A stretch of 64,000 bases of DNA. Source: Candidatus Nanopelagicales bacterium (GTDB taxonomy: Bacteria; Actinomycetota; Actinomycetes; S36-B12). Under the pieces are notes generated by a model, which was not told the DNA's origin, made no database searches, and was given only the letters and a program-made list of their open reading frames with translations. This document shows positions 33,603 through 43,320 of the stretch, one piece after another. The DNA is taken from positions 144,712 to 208,711 of the forward strand of contig JAQTZL010000003.1 in assembly GCA_028687755.1 (NCBI GenBank), in the 5' to 3' direction. How positions within the stretch are numbered: the stretch's first letter is position 1; each line of letters begins with the position of its first letter. A program made the position numbers and the translations under genes.

Positions 33603-35060
33603 CTATTCGGGGATTAAGTACCAAAACGGGCGAGCTTTTGCTTTGTAGATGAAGAGGTAATGCAACATCACTTTCATCCAGTGCGCGCTCAAACCAATTT
33701 CGCCGTAGGTCTCCTTGGTATCTCGACCCATCTCGCCGTACTTTTCTTTGTCAGGAATGATCGGGAATACCGTCATCGCTGCAGCGGTTCCCGTGCGCCA
33801 ACCTTTACCTGCAGAAGCGATACAGGCCGCACCCATGTCTGCCATTGATGCAGTGTGAACCTTGCCTTCGGCTCCGTGCTTGATGCGTTCGGCAATGCTT
33901 TGCGCAACGGCTCGACCAATGACGCCTGATGGCATGCCGGTGCGCGGTGGTGCCGGTGCGATCACCGTGCCATTTGGAGTGGTTCGGGGGCGTGACATCT
34001 GATGTGGGGGAGCGAATGCGATGCCAGCTGCCCAAACGTTGTCATATTTCACTGACTGGTAGGTCTTGGGCCAGTCACTTGCTTTCCACTCTTCGTACGG
34101 TTTAGCGGTGTAGTCGGCATCAACTTTCATGAAACCACTCGGCGCAAAAACCTCAGCAGTGATGTCATTGTTGTTGGCATCAAAGGCCTTCATGTCGACG
34201 CCACGAAAGGGTGGAAGCAACATTGCGAAGTCAAAGGACTGCTCGGATTTAGTGCCATCTATTTGCTCGTAATGCGCAACACCAGGTTCAACTTTTTCAA
34301 TGTGCGCAGACATGATTGCTTTGACGCCACGTTCATGAAAGAGCGATTCAGTGAACGTCTGGCTCGGAATAATTTGGTCTTTATGGCCGAAATTCATCCC
34401 ATCCATTCCGAAGTCACCAAGCTGTGCTTCGTTGGTGATGTAGATGACCTCGGCCTTGTCGCGAACGCCTTCTTTCACAAGTTCATGCTCAACATTGAAG
34501 GTGTACTCAAACGCGGCGCCCTGACATGTACACGTGCCATGCCCCATACCGATCAAGAGTGTTTGGTGTTGACCGGCTTTAAGTTTGTCGATGACTTCAT
34601 CAAAGGCTTTCGCAGTTTCAGTCGCGTGGCCTGCGGTGCACACTGACCAGGTGTAACCATCGGGTCCCAACCCCGGGGTTGCGCCAAAGTTCAGTTTTGG
34701 TCCGGTGGCATTGATGAGAAAGTCATATTCGAGATTGGCTTCTTGACCTTCGCGTGCTGGATCGGTGTAACGCACCGTGACGTGTGGGTGCGATTGGGCA
34801 GGCGAGCCTTCGGGATGAAGCTCGATCCCAAGTGCTTGGTGGAACTCAATGTTTTTTCGCTTATAAATAGGTGCAAGAGGGAACGTGACTTGCTTGACGC
34901 TCATCTGCCCGACGCCAACCCAAATATTTGAAGGGATCCAGTTCCACTTCGAGTTGGGGGCGACCACTACGACTTCGTGTTCCTTACCCAGCATCCGACG
35001 AAGGTGCAGCGCGGCGGTGTGACCAGCGATCCCAGCGCCCAAAATCACGGTTCTTGCCAT
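33603..35060 (-). CDS. sqr: Sulfide:quinone oxidoreductase (flavoprotein disulfide reductase family)
   Basis: GAGIAG FAD motif, WIPSNIWVGVG, three SQR-type Cys contexts (SVCTAGHA, TCQGAAFEY, ACIASAG), PRTG, C-terminal amphipathic KARPFWYLIPE; RBS AAGGAG. Confidence 0.9.
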   Translation of the reverse strand: MARTVILGAGIAGHTAALHLRRMLGKEHEVVVVAPNSKWNWIPSNIWVGVGQMSVKQVTFPLAPIYKRKNIEFHQALGIELHPEGSPAQSHPHVTVRYTDPAREGQEANLEYDFLINATGPKLNFGATPGLGPDGYTWSVCTAGHATETAKAFDEVIDKLKAGQHQTLLIGMGHGTCTCQGAAFEYTFNVEHELVKEGVRDKAEVIYITNEAQLGDFGMDGMNFGHKDQIIPSQTFTESLFHERGVKAIMSAHIEKVEPGVAHYEQIDGTKSEQSFDFAMLLPPFRGVDMKAFDANNNDITAEVFAPSGFMKVDADYTAKPYEEWKASDWPKTYQSVKYDNVWAAGIAFAPPHQMSRPRTTPNGTVIAPAPPRTGMPSGVIGRAVAQSIAERIKHGAEGKVHTASMADMGAACIASAGKGWRTGTAAAMTVFPIIPDKEKYGEMGRDTKETYGEIGLSAHWMKVMLHYLFIYKAKARPFWYLIPE

Positions 35061-35113
35061 TGCGTGCTCCTTGCCTCCAGCGCCAATCGATCAATTGGCT
35101 GCTCACTGAGGAG

Positions 35114-35136
35114 CCTATACCCCACAGGGGTATAGG
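35114..35136. promoter_or_regulatory. CsoR/CstR/RcnR-family operator-like palindrome upstream of sqr
   Basis: CCTATACCCC-ACA-GGGGTATAGG, perfect 10-bp inverted repeat with C/G tracts and AT-rich flanks, 53 nt upstream of the sqr ATG. Confidence 0.75.
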
Positions 35137-35201
35137 TGTTAGAGGCTAAAGTCCATAGTTGGAGCAGAAAGACTTCCGACAATTCGGGTAAATCACCCCG
35201 A

Positions 35202-35231
35202 TTGGACGTTGGGAACTTCGCCCCCTAGACT
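35202..35231 (+). promoter_or_regulatory. Putative promoter for infA-rpmJ-alpha operon
   Basis: TTGGAC-N18-TAGACT. Confidence 0.65.
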
Positions 35232-35344
35232 TTGCAGGCTGTCGTTGGCTTCCCCAACTACCCGCCACCTGATGTTTTGGTGGATGACGTATGTCCGGGG
35301 TTTCCAATGAAAGCGCCCACCACAACGAAGGACGATGCAAAAGC

Positions 35345-35566
35345 ATGGGTAAAAAAGACGGAGCGATCGAGCTTGAGGGCACGATCATGGAGTCTTTGCC
35401 TAATGCGATGTTTCGCGTGGAGTTGGACAACGGTCACAAAGTTCTTGCGCATATCAGCGGCAAGATGCGAATGCACTACATCCGCATCCTGCCTGATGAC
35501 CGCGTAGTTGTTGAACTTTCACCGTATGACCTCACCCGCGGCCGCATTGTCTATCGCTACAAATAA
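35345..35566 (+). CDS. infA: Translation initiation factor IF-1
   Basis: [27 protein letters not shown]; ATG at 35345. Confidence 0.99.
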   Translation: MGKKDGAIELEGTIMESLPNAMFRVELDNGHKVLAHISGKMRMHYIRILPDDRVVVELSPYDLTRGRIVYRYK

Positions 35567-35590
35567 CCACACGAGGACTGGCAAAACATC

Positions 35591-35704
35591 ATGAAGGTGA
35601 ACCCAAGCGTCAAGCCGATCTGCGATAAGTGCAAGGTCATTCGTCGCCATGGCCGCGTCATGGTGATCTGCGAGAACACTCGCCACAAGCAGCGTCAGGG
35701 CTAA
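35591..35704 (+). CDS. rpmJ: 50S ribosomal protein L36, Zn-binding form
   Basis: Manual translation [37 protein letters not shown]; not in the ORF track. Confidence 0.99.
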   Translation: MKVNPSVKPICDKCKVIRRHGRVMVICENTRHKQRQG

Positions 35705-35876
35705 TACCTGACGAGGGTCAATGCGGGGAGAAATCCCGTACGACCTCAACTGTGAAGTACCCGACCCCCAGGTAACTGGGACGACACCTTGAGCCACGGG
35801 GCTCAAGACCTGATCTGACGGTCAGGGCTGGTACTTCAATCGAAACCCCGTGCATGAGAAGAAGAGAGAACGTCAC

Positions 35877-36254
35877 ATGGCACGTCTTGTTGGTGTCGAT
35901 CTGCCGCGCGAAAAGCGCATGGCAATCGCACTTACCTATATCTATGGCATTGGCCGCTCACAGGCCTCCGCTGCCCTCACCGCCACGGGCATTGATCCAG
36001 AAATGAAGTCCAAGGACCTCACCGACGATCAGACTCTTGCTCTGCGCGATTGGATCGATCAGAACCTCAAGGTTGAAGGCGATCTTCGCCGCGAGGTTGC
36101 AGCTGACATTCGCCGCAAGGTGGAAATTGGTTGCTACCAGGGTCTTCGCCACCGTAAGGGCCTTCCGGTCCGCGGCCAGCGCACCCATACCAACGCGCGT
36201 ACTCGTAAGGGTCCTCGTAAGACCGTCGCTGGCAAGAAGAAGGCCGCGAAGTAA
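35877..36254 (+). CDS. rpsM: 30S ribosomal protein S13
   Basis: [24 protein letters not shown]. Confidence 0.99.
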   Translation: MARLVGVDLPREKRMAIALTYIYGIGRSQASAALTATGIDPEMKSKDLTDDQTLALRDWIDQNLKVEGDLRREVAADIRRKVEIGCYQGLRHRKGLPVRGQRTHTNARTRKGPRKTVAGKKKAAK

Positions 36255-36293
36255 TTCGCTGGTCTCTACCGGACTTCTAGGAGATACATACAC

Positions 36294-36701
36294 ATGGCAC
36301 CCAAGGCAGGACAGAAGGGCGCGGCGAAGAAGATTCGCCGCAAGGAGAAGAAGAACGTGGCCCACGGCCATGCTCACATCAAGAGCACGTTCAATAACAC
36401 GATCGTCTCGATCACTGACCCAACAGGCGCAGTCATTGCATGGTCAAGCGCTGGCCAGGTTGGTTTCAAGGGTTCACGTAAGAGCACCCCATTCGCCGCA
36501 CAGCTCGCAGCAGAATCTGCAGCACGTCGCGCAATGGAACACGGCATGCGCAAGGTTGACGTGTTCGTTAAGGGTCCAGGCTCAGGCCGCGAAACCGCTA
36601 TCCGTTCGTTGCAGGCAACTGGTCTTGAAGTTGGTTCAATCGCCGACGTCACCCCAGCGCCTCACAACGGCACCCGTCCACCAAAGCGTCGTCGCGTTTA
36701 A
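36294..36701 (+). CDS. rpsK: 30S ribosomal protein S11
   Basis: [34 protein letters not shown]. Confidence 0.99.
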   Translation: MAPKAGQKGAAKKIRRKEKKNVAHGHAHIKSTFNNTIVSITDPTGAVIAWSSAGQVGFKGSRKSTPFAAQLAAESAARRAMEHGMRKVDVFVKGPGSGRETAIRSLQATGLEVGSIADVTPAPHNGTRPPKRRRV

Positions 36702-36732
36702 TCGCGCGTAAGAAAACAGGAGAACACAAACC

Positions 36733-37359
36733 ATGGCGCGTTATACAGCTGCCGATTGCAAGCGGTGCCGTCGCGAGAAGATGAAGTTGTTCCTTAAGGG
36801 AGCTAAGTGCGAGTCACCAGCTTGCCCATTCGAAAAGCGTCCTTACCCACCAGGCCAACACGGTCGCGGTCGCTCAAAGGATTCTGAGTACCTGCTCCAG
36901 TTGCGCGAAAAGCAAAAGGCAACCCGTATGTACGGTGTGCTTGAGAAGCAGTTCTCGAACTACTTCGTTGAAGCTGCTCGCCAATCAGGTAAGACCGGTG
37001 AAAACCTGCTCGTCATTCTCGAGACTCGCCTTGACAACGTGGTGTTCCGCGCTGGCTTTGCAAAGTCCCGTGACATGGCACGCCAGTTGGTAACCCACGG
37101 TCACTTCCTCGTGAACGGCAAGAAGGTCAACATTCCTTCCTTCCGCGTCAGTGCTGCTGACATCGTTGAGGTTGCACCTGCATCACGCGAACTGACGCCA
37201 TTTGTGATTGCACATGCAGAGATCGGTGATCGCCCAGTGCCAGCATGGCTCGAAGTGATCCCATCAAAGATGCGCATCCTCGTGCACGCACTTCCATCGC
37301 GCGCAATCATCGACACCCCTGTTACCGAACAGCTGATCGTCGAGCTCTACTCCAAGTAA
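36733..37359 (+). CDS. rpsD: 30S ribosomal protein S4, Cys-containing (Zn ribbon) form
   Basis: CKRCRRE...KC...C, LETRLDNVVFR. Confidence 0.99.
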   Translation: MARYTAADCKRCRREKMKLFLKGAKCESPACPFEKRPYPPGQHGRGRSKDSEYLLQLREKQKATRMYGVLEKQFSNYFVEAARQSGKTGENLLVILETRLDNVVFRAGFAKSRDMARQLVTHGHFLVNGKKVNIPSFRVSAADIVEVAPASRELTPFVIAHAEIGDRPVPAWLEVIPSKMRILVHALPSRAIIDTPVTEQLIVELYSK

Positions 37360-37436
37360 TCCCTAGTAGTTGGAACGCCCTAACTACTCGACAAAATCGC
37401 GACTTCAAATAATGGTCGTCGCGGGAAGGAAGACAC

Positions 37437-38462
37437 GTGCTCATTAGCCAGCGTCCAGTGCTCACCGAAGAGCCAATTAGCGAGTTCCGCTCGCGTTTTG
37501 TGCTTGAGCCACTCGAGCCAGGTTTCGGTTACACCCTTGGTAACTCACTTCGCCGCACCCTGCTTTCATCAATCCCAGGTGCAGCAGTAACCAGCATCCG
37601 CGTTGATGGCGTGTTGCATGAGTTCACCACAATCCCAGGTGTCAAAGAAGACGTCACCGAGTTGATCTTGAACATCAAGCAGCTCGTTGTTTCATCAGAA
37701 CACGATGAGCCAGTTGTTATGTACTTGCGCAAGCAAGGTCCAGGTGCCGTTACTGCAGCTGACATTCAGCCACCAGCAGGTGTTGAAGTACATAACCCAG
37801 GTCTGCACATTGCAGAGCTCAACGACAAGGGCAAGCTTGAGATTGAACTCGTTGTCGAGCGTGGCCGCGGCTACGTATCAGCAACGTTGAACAAGCAAGC
37901 TGGTCAGGAAATCGGTCGCATTCCTGTTGACTCGATCTACTCACCAGTACTCAAGGTCACCTACAAGGTTGAAGCTACTCGTGTTGAGCAGCGCACCGAC
38001 TTTGACAAGCTCGTGATCGATGTCGAGACCAAGCATTCAATTCGCCCAGCAGATGCAGTTGCATCAGCAGGTAAGACCTTGGTTGAACTCTTCGGTTTGG
38101 CTCGTGAGCTCAACGTTGATGCTGAAGGCATTGACATTGGCCCATCACCAACAGACACCTTTGTTGCTGAGCAGCTTTCGACTCCAATTGAGCAGCTTGA
38201 TATGACCGTTCGTTCATACAACTGCTTGAAGCGCGAAGGCATCCACACCGTTGGTGAACTCATCACCCGCAGCGAGGCTGATTTGCTCGACATCCGTAAC
38301 TTTGGCGCAAAGTCAATCGACGAAGTCAAGGTCAAGCTTGTGAGCTTGGGCTTGGCACTTAAGGACAGCCCTCCAGGGTTCGATCCATCAGCATTTGCTA
38401 ACTACGACGACGATGAAGATCTTGATGACGACTTGGCATTTGCCGAGGACGAACAGCTCTAA
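37437..38462 (+). CDS. rpoA: RNA polymerase alpha subunit
   Basis: [26 protein letters not shown]. Confidence 0.99.
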   Translation: MLISQRPVLTEEPISEFRSRFVLEPLEPGFGYTLGNSLRRTLLSSIPGAAVTSIRVDGVLHEFTTIPGVKEDVTELILNIKQLVVSSEHDEPVVMYLRKQGPGAVTAADIQPPAGVEVHNPGLHIAELNDKGKLEIELVVERGRGYVSATLNKQAGQEIGRIPVDSIYSPVLKVTYKVEATRVEQRTDFDKLVIDVETKHSIRPADAVASAGKTLVELFGLARELNVDAEGIDIGPSPTDTFVAEQLSTPIEQLDMTVRSYNCLKREGIHTVGELITRSEADLLDIRNFGAKSIDEVKVKLVSLGLALKDSPPGFDPSAFANYDDDEDLDDDLAFAEDEQL

Positions 38463-38502
38463 ATCGCACTACTGATTTTTCGAAACTGACAGGAGAAAGA
38501 CG

Positions 38503-39036
38503 ATGCCTACCCCAACCAAGGGTCCCCGCCTCGGCGGCGGTCCAGCTCACGAGCGGTTGATCTTGGCGAACCTCGCCACGTCGCTGTTTGCGAACGGACG
38601 CATCACCACGACCGAAGCTAAGGCCAAGCGCCTTCGCCCATTGGCGGAGCGTTTGATCACCAAGGCAAAGCGCGGCGACATCCACAACCGTCGTCAGGTA
38701 TTGCAGGTCGTACGCGACAAGTCAGTCGTGCACACGCTGTTCACTGAGATTGCACCGATGTATGTCGGTCGTCCAGGTGGATACACCCGCATCACCAAGA
38801 TTGGTAACCGCAAGGGCGACAACGCACCTATGGCAATCATTGAGCTCTGCGAGCCAATGCTTGAGCAGGTCGTTGCAGAAGCTACTGGCGCAACCAAGCG
38901 TGCAGCTAAGGAAGCTGCTGCTCCTGCAGTCGAGACCAAGGTTGAAGAGACCGTGGTTGTTGAACAGACTCCAGAAGTAGTTGAAGAAGTGGTTGTAGAA
39001 GCTGAAGTATCAGAAGAAGCAACTGACAAGGAATAG
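38503..39036 (+). CDS. rplQ: 50S ribosomal protein L17
   Basis: ITTT.AKAK.LR, GGYTRI.K. Confidence 0.99.
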   Translation: MPTPTKGPRLGGGPAHERLILANLATSLFANGRITTTEAKAKRLRPLAERLITKAKRGDIHNRRQVLQVVRDKSVVHTLFTEIAPMYVGRPGGYTRITKIGNRKGDNAPMAIIELCEPMLEQVVAEATGATKRAAKEAAAPAVETKVEETVVVEQTPEVVEEVVVEAEVSEEATDKE

Positions 39037-39056
39037 TCCTGTCAACGCAGATCATT

Positions 39057-39095
39057 GATCAGCCCGTCCCCGATCTACCTGGGGACGGGCTGATC
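39057..39095 (+). terminator. 15-bp hairpin after rplQ, abutting the truA start
   Basis: GATCAGCCCGTCCCC-GATCTACCT-GGGGACGGGCTGATC followed by CGTTTG. Confidence 0.7.
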
Positions 39096-39098
39096 CGT

Positions 39099-39893
39099 TT
39101 GCGCATTGATTTTTCATATGACGGTGCAGGGTTTTTTGGCTATGGAGTTCAAAAGGATTTGCGCACGGTTCAAGGCGAAATCCTGCGCGTCTTTAATTAC
39201 CTGACGCATTCAAAGGTTGAAATCTTTGTTGCAGGCCGCACTGATGCTGGAGTCCATGCACGCGGTCAAGTCATTCATGTCGACTTAAGTCCAGAACATG
39301 TTGCGCGCCTTGAAGATCCTGCGCGATTAAATCGCGCGCTCCCTGAAGATATTCGCATCCACTCAATTCAAGAAGCGCCTTACGGCTTTGATGCACGCTT
39401 TTCAGCGTTATGGCGCAGGTATTCCTATCGCGTGTGCGATGTGTCAGATGAAATGAATCCTTTGACGCGTCATCAAACGTTATTCCACTACAAGCGGCTT
39501 GATATTGATGCAATGAATCAAGCAGCGCAAGGGTTAATGGGCTTACAAGATTTCACTGCCTATTGCCGCCCACGCGATGCATCAACATCAGTGCGCGAGG
39601 TAGAAAAGCTCGAGTGGCATCGCGAAGGTGCAATCTGCGTGATGACTGTGCAGGCGGATGCGTTTTGTCATTCAATGGTGCGCAGCCTGGTAGGCGCCAT
39701 GATCCCGGTGGGAGATGGGCGCAGGTCAGTTGATTGGCCAGCGATGATTTTGGCTTCAAAAGACCGCACGTTGAGCCCTGAAGTGATGCCGGCGCACCCC
39801 TTGGTGCTAGAAGAAGTGGGCTACCCCGAAGCCGACCAGATGATGGCCCGCCAGCTCATCACCCGCACCAAACGCAACCCTGATCAGGGCTAA
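39099..39893 (+). CDS. truA: tRNA pseudouridine(38-40) synthase
   Basis: YDG..F.G, AGRTDAGVHA, FCHSMVR. Confidence 0.97.
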   Translation: MRIDFSYDGAGFFGYGVQKDLRTVQGEILRVFNYLTHSKVEIFVAGRTDAGVHARGQVIHVDLSPEHVARLEDPARLNRALPEDIRIHSIQEAPYGFDARFSALWRRYSYRVCDVSDEMNPLTRHQTLFHYKRLDIDAMNQAAQGLMGLQDFTAYCRPRDASTSVREVEKLEWHREGAICVMTVQADAFCHSMVRSLVGAMIPVGDGRRSVDWPAMILASKDRTLSPEVMPAHPLVLEEVGYPEADQMMARQLITRTKRNPDQG

Positions 39894-40034
39894 TGCTCTG
39901 GGTTCGTGGGGAAGGGGTACCCCAATTTGGCGTAAAGCGCCCTTACTGGGTACTCTTTGGGGTCGCTTCAGTGCTTCCCCGAATGCCCTGAAGTCATAAT
40001 CAGCAGTCCGAATCAACTATGAAGGTGGCGTCCC

Positions 40035-40478
40035 GTGCGCACGTACAGCCCAAAGGCCGGTGAGGTAACTCGCACCTGGCACGTTATTGACGCTTCCGAT
40101 GTCGTTCTCGGACGCCTTGCAACGCATGCAGCAGATTTGCTACGCGGCAAGCACAAGACCACATATGCACCGCATATGGACCAAGGTGACTTCGTCATCA
40201 TCATCAACGCTGACAAGGTCGCGTTGACGGGTCAAAAGCGTGAGCAGAAGAAGGCGTATCACCACTCCGGTTACCCAGGCGGCATGAAGTCGACCTCGTA
40301 CACCGACTTACTTGCTAATGATTCACGCAAGGCTGTTGAAAAGGCTGTGAAGGGCATGATCCCTCACAACAAGATCGGCAAGCAGCAGCTCACGAAGCTA
40401 AAGGTGTACGGCGGACCCGATCACCCACATGCTGCGCAGGCTCCACAGCCATTTGTGATCACCCAGATCGCTCAGTAG
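40035..40478 (+). CDS. rplM: 50S ribosomal protein L13
   Basis: [26 protein letters not shown]. Confidence 0.99.
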   Translation: MRTYSPKAGEVTRTWHVIDASDVVLGRLATHAADLLRGKHKTTYAPHMDQGDFVIIINADKVALTGQKREQKKAYHHSGYPGGMKSTSYTDLLANDSRKAVEKAVKGMIPHNKIGKQQLTKLKVYGGPDHPHAAQAPQPFVITQIAQ

Positions 40479-40510
40479 TCACCCCCAAGCCGGAACTTAA
40501 CGAAGAGGAA

Positions 40511-41014
40511 ATGGCAGTGTCAGAGGCCACGATCGAAGACGTCGACATCGACATCGAAGAAGAGATTCCATCTGAGTACACCTCAGAGACCCCAGCACGC
40601 GCTGTCGTTACCCGCGACATTGTTGTTGCACCTGCAGGCGCAACCGGTCGTCGTAAGCAAGCAATTGCTCGCGTGCGCATCGTTCCTGGCACCGGCAAGT
40701 GGACCATCAACGGTCGTGAGCTTGACGATTACTTCCCTAACAAGGTTCACCAGCAGGAAGTGAATGATCCATTCACGACCACCGGTGGCGAGGGCAAGTT
40801 CGACGTCATTGCACGCATCAACGGTGGCGGTGTTTCCGGTCAAGCTGGTGCACTTCGCCTCGGTGTTGCACGCGCACTCAACGAGATCGATCGTGACGGC
40901 AACCGCCCTTCATTGAAGAAGGCTGGCTTCCTTACTCGTGATCCACGTGCCAAGGAACGTAAGAAGTACGGTCTGAAGAAGGCACGTAAGGCTTCCCAGT
41001 ACAGCAAGCGCTAA
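40511..41014 (+). CDS. rpsI: 30S ribosomal protein S9
   Basis: [27 protein letters not shown]. Confidence 0.99.
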   Translation: MAVSEATIEDVDIDIEEEIPSEYTSETPARAVVTRDIVVAPAGATGRRKQAIARVRIVPGTGKWTINGRELDDYFPNKVHQQEVNDPFTTTGGEGKFDVIARINGGGVSGQAGALRLGVARALNEIDRDGNRPSLKKAGFLTRDPRAKERKKYGLKKARKASQYSKR

Positions 41015-41018
41015 TCCA

Positions 41019-42368
41019 TTGGGTCGGCTCTTCGGCACTGATGGAGTGCGCGGGCTCGCTAATCGCGATCTCACCGCTGAACTGTCATTAGATCTTGCTG
41101 TTGCAGCTGCCCATGTTCTGGGTGATGTTGGTGCCTTTGAAGGCCATCGTCCCCGCGCTGTTGTTGGTCGCGATTCCCGCGTAAGCGGTGAATTTCTTGA
41201 AGCAGCAGTTGTAGCAGGTTTAGCAAGCGCCGGTGTTGATGTCATTCTCTTAGGAGTGACACCGACACCGGCGGTTGCATTTTTAACCGACAAACTTGAA
41301 TGTGATCTCGGCGTGATGCTTTCGGCATCCCATAACCCAATGCCTGACAACGGTATTAAATTCTTCGCACGCGGTGGACACAAACTCGACGATGTCATTG
41401 AAGATGCCATCGAAGCGCGTATGGGTGAAGAGTGGGATCGACCGCTTGGCGGCGATGTTGGTCGCGTAGTCGTCGAAGCAGATGCTGCAGTTCTCTATGA
41501 AGAGATGTTGTTGGCATCAACGCCGCATCGACTTGATGGAATCAAGGTTGTTGTTGACTGCGCTAACGGTGCAGCCTCTTTCATTGCTCCAGATGTATAT
41601 GAACGCGCAGGCGCGCACGTCATTGCCATTCATGCGCAACCAGATGGCTTAAATATCAATGACAACTGCGGCAGTACCCACCTTGGTGATCTGCAGGCTG
41701 CAGTGCGCGAACACAAAGCTGATCTTGGTATTGCCCATGATGGCGATGCTGATCGTTGTCTTGCTATTGATGCTGATGGCAATGAAATCGATGGCGATCA
41801 CATACTTGCGATTCTGGCTATTGCGATGCGTGATGCCGGAACACTCACCAACAACACTGTTGTTGCAACCGTGATGGCAAATCTTGGATTCAAGATTGCA
41901 ATGCAAGCTCACAACATCACAGTGATTGAAACCGGTGTTGGTGATCGCTACGTACTTGAGGCAATGAAGGCTGATGGCCTTGCTCTCGGTGGTGAACAAA
42001 GTGGCCACGTCGTGATGCTTGAACACGCAACCACTGGCGATGGCTTACTTACTGCACTGCATTTGATGGCACGCATGGCGCAAACCAAGGAATCGCTGGC
42101 GCAATTAGCTGCGCGAGTAGAGAAGCTGCCTCAAGTTCTTGTGAATGTACGCGGTGTTGATAAAGCAGCATTAGTAAACAATGCCAGTGTTGCTGCGGCA
42201 GTTACTGCTGCGGAAGTTGAACTTGGTGCAACTGGTCGAGTATTGCTGCGTTCATCAGGAACAGAGCCGGTTATCCGCGTGATGGTTGAAGCGCCGAGCC
42301 AAGAGCTTGCACAACGAATTACTGATCAGCTCGCTGCCGTGGTGTTGGCCGAGCTTTCACTTGGATAG
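41019..42368 (+). CDS. glmM: Phosphoglucosamine mutase
   Basis: [28 protein letters not shown]. Confidence 0.98.
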   Translation: MGRLFGTDGVRGLANRDLTAELSLDLAVAAAHVLGDVGAFEGHRPRAVVGRDSRVSGEFLEAAVVAGLASAGVDVILLGVTPTPAVAFLTDKLECDLGVMLSASHNPMPDNGIKFFARGGHKLDDVIEDAIEARMGEEWDRPLGGDVGRVVVEADAAVLYEEMLLASTPHRLDGIKVVVDCANGAASFIAPDVYERAGAHVIAIHAQPDGLNINDNCGSTHLGDLQAAVREHKADLGIAHDGDADRCLAIDADGNEIDGDHILAILAIAMRDAGTLTNNTVVATVMANLGFKIAMQAHNITVIETGVGDRYVLEAMKADGLALGGEQSGHVVMLEHATTGDGLLTALHLMARMAQTKESLAQLAARVEKLPQVLVNVRGVDKAALVNNASVAAAVTAAEVELGATGRVLLRSSGTEPVIRVMVEAPSQELAQRITDQLAAVVLAELSLG

Positions 42369-43281
42369 GGCTCTTCCAAAGTTTTTGCTGAAGTACCAAG
42401 GTCAGCCAACCAGCGATAGCCATACCGGTGATGTTCACTATCAACTGGGCACTGCTACCTAAGACTTGGCTCCACACCCCATAAGCCACCCCCAGAGCAA
42501 TATTTCCGGATGCTGGGATTGTGGTGACAGAAATAAATACTCCGATGAGCCCACTGCCTTTTGACGAGGTAAGCGAGAGCACGCCAGCGGCACCAGCGAT
42601 AACCGCAACCGCAAGTGACCACCAGTTCACGTTGTAGATGAAATTGGTGCCAGGTCGAGCTGAATTTAATTCGCTGAAGTCCACGATGTTGGTCAGATTC
42701 AAGATGACTGCCACCACGGTGGTGAACGCAATTGAAATCGTGAACCCAATGATTAACGTGCGCAGCGCCTGACGCAGGAGCATTGGGCGTTTGCGTACCA
42801 AGGCCAGCCCTAAGGCGGCAATCGGCACGAACTCTGGGCCAAGAACCATCGCACCGATCAGCACGATTGTTGAATCGGTAAGAATCGCTATGGAGGCCAA
42901 GAGGGTGGCAAGAATCATGAAACTCAGATAGGTCCAATTGAGTTCACTGTCGTCGTAGGCCCGTTCGGTGACCTCAGCCCAGACCACGGCATCTGCGCTT
43001 TGCCCGGGTGCCTGTTCCTCTACGTGGTAGCCAGTCTGGGAAATCCAGGTTTCCACGTGGTTGAGGGCAATAGTGCCCTCGTAATGCACACCTAGGGCCC
43101 GAAGTTGATCAACGATGTCATTGGCTCGCTCGCGGGGGATATCGGCAATGAACACGTCACCCTTGGGTTGCACACTGGCTCCGCGCAGCACGGTCAAGCT
43201 ACTGATGTGGGCCTCAGAGATCAGCAGCGATTCCACGGCAGGGCTGAGTTGGACAGTTGTACTCACGCGCAGGCTCAGCAT
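42319..43281 (-). CDS. DUF389 family membrane protein
   Basis: [26 protein letters not shown]. Start set at MLSLRV (43281); the longer track ORF overlaps glmS. Confidence 0.85.
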   Translation of the reverse strand: MLSLRVSTTVQLSPAVESLLISEAHISSLTVLRGASVQPKGDVFIADIPRERANDIVDQLRALGVHYEGTIALNHVETWISQTGYHVEEQAPGQSADAVVWAEVTERAYDDSELNWTYLSFMILATLLASIAILTDSTIVLIGAMVLGPEFVPIAALGLALVRKRPMLLRQALRTLIIGFTISIAFTTVVAVILNLTNIVDFSELNSARPGTNFIYNVNWWSLAVAVIAGAAGVLSLTSSKGSGLIGVFISVTTIPASGNIALGVAYGVWSQVLGSSAQLIVNITGMAIAGWLTLVLQQKLWKSPIQVKARPTPRQRADQ

Positions 43282-43320
43282 GGGCCTATCCAACACCGTG
43301 CGCCCCGTAGGCTGGGCCCT

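Noticed and set aside
33458-33652. 64-aa plus-strand ORF from the track
   Set aside because: It is the antisense shadow of the 47-aa minus-strand ORF and the sqr 3' end; no RBS
27424-37359. S14, L36 and S4 all in Zn-binding (C+) form
   Set aside because: Usual primary-operon state; Zn-free paralogues, if any, would lie outside the window
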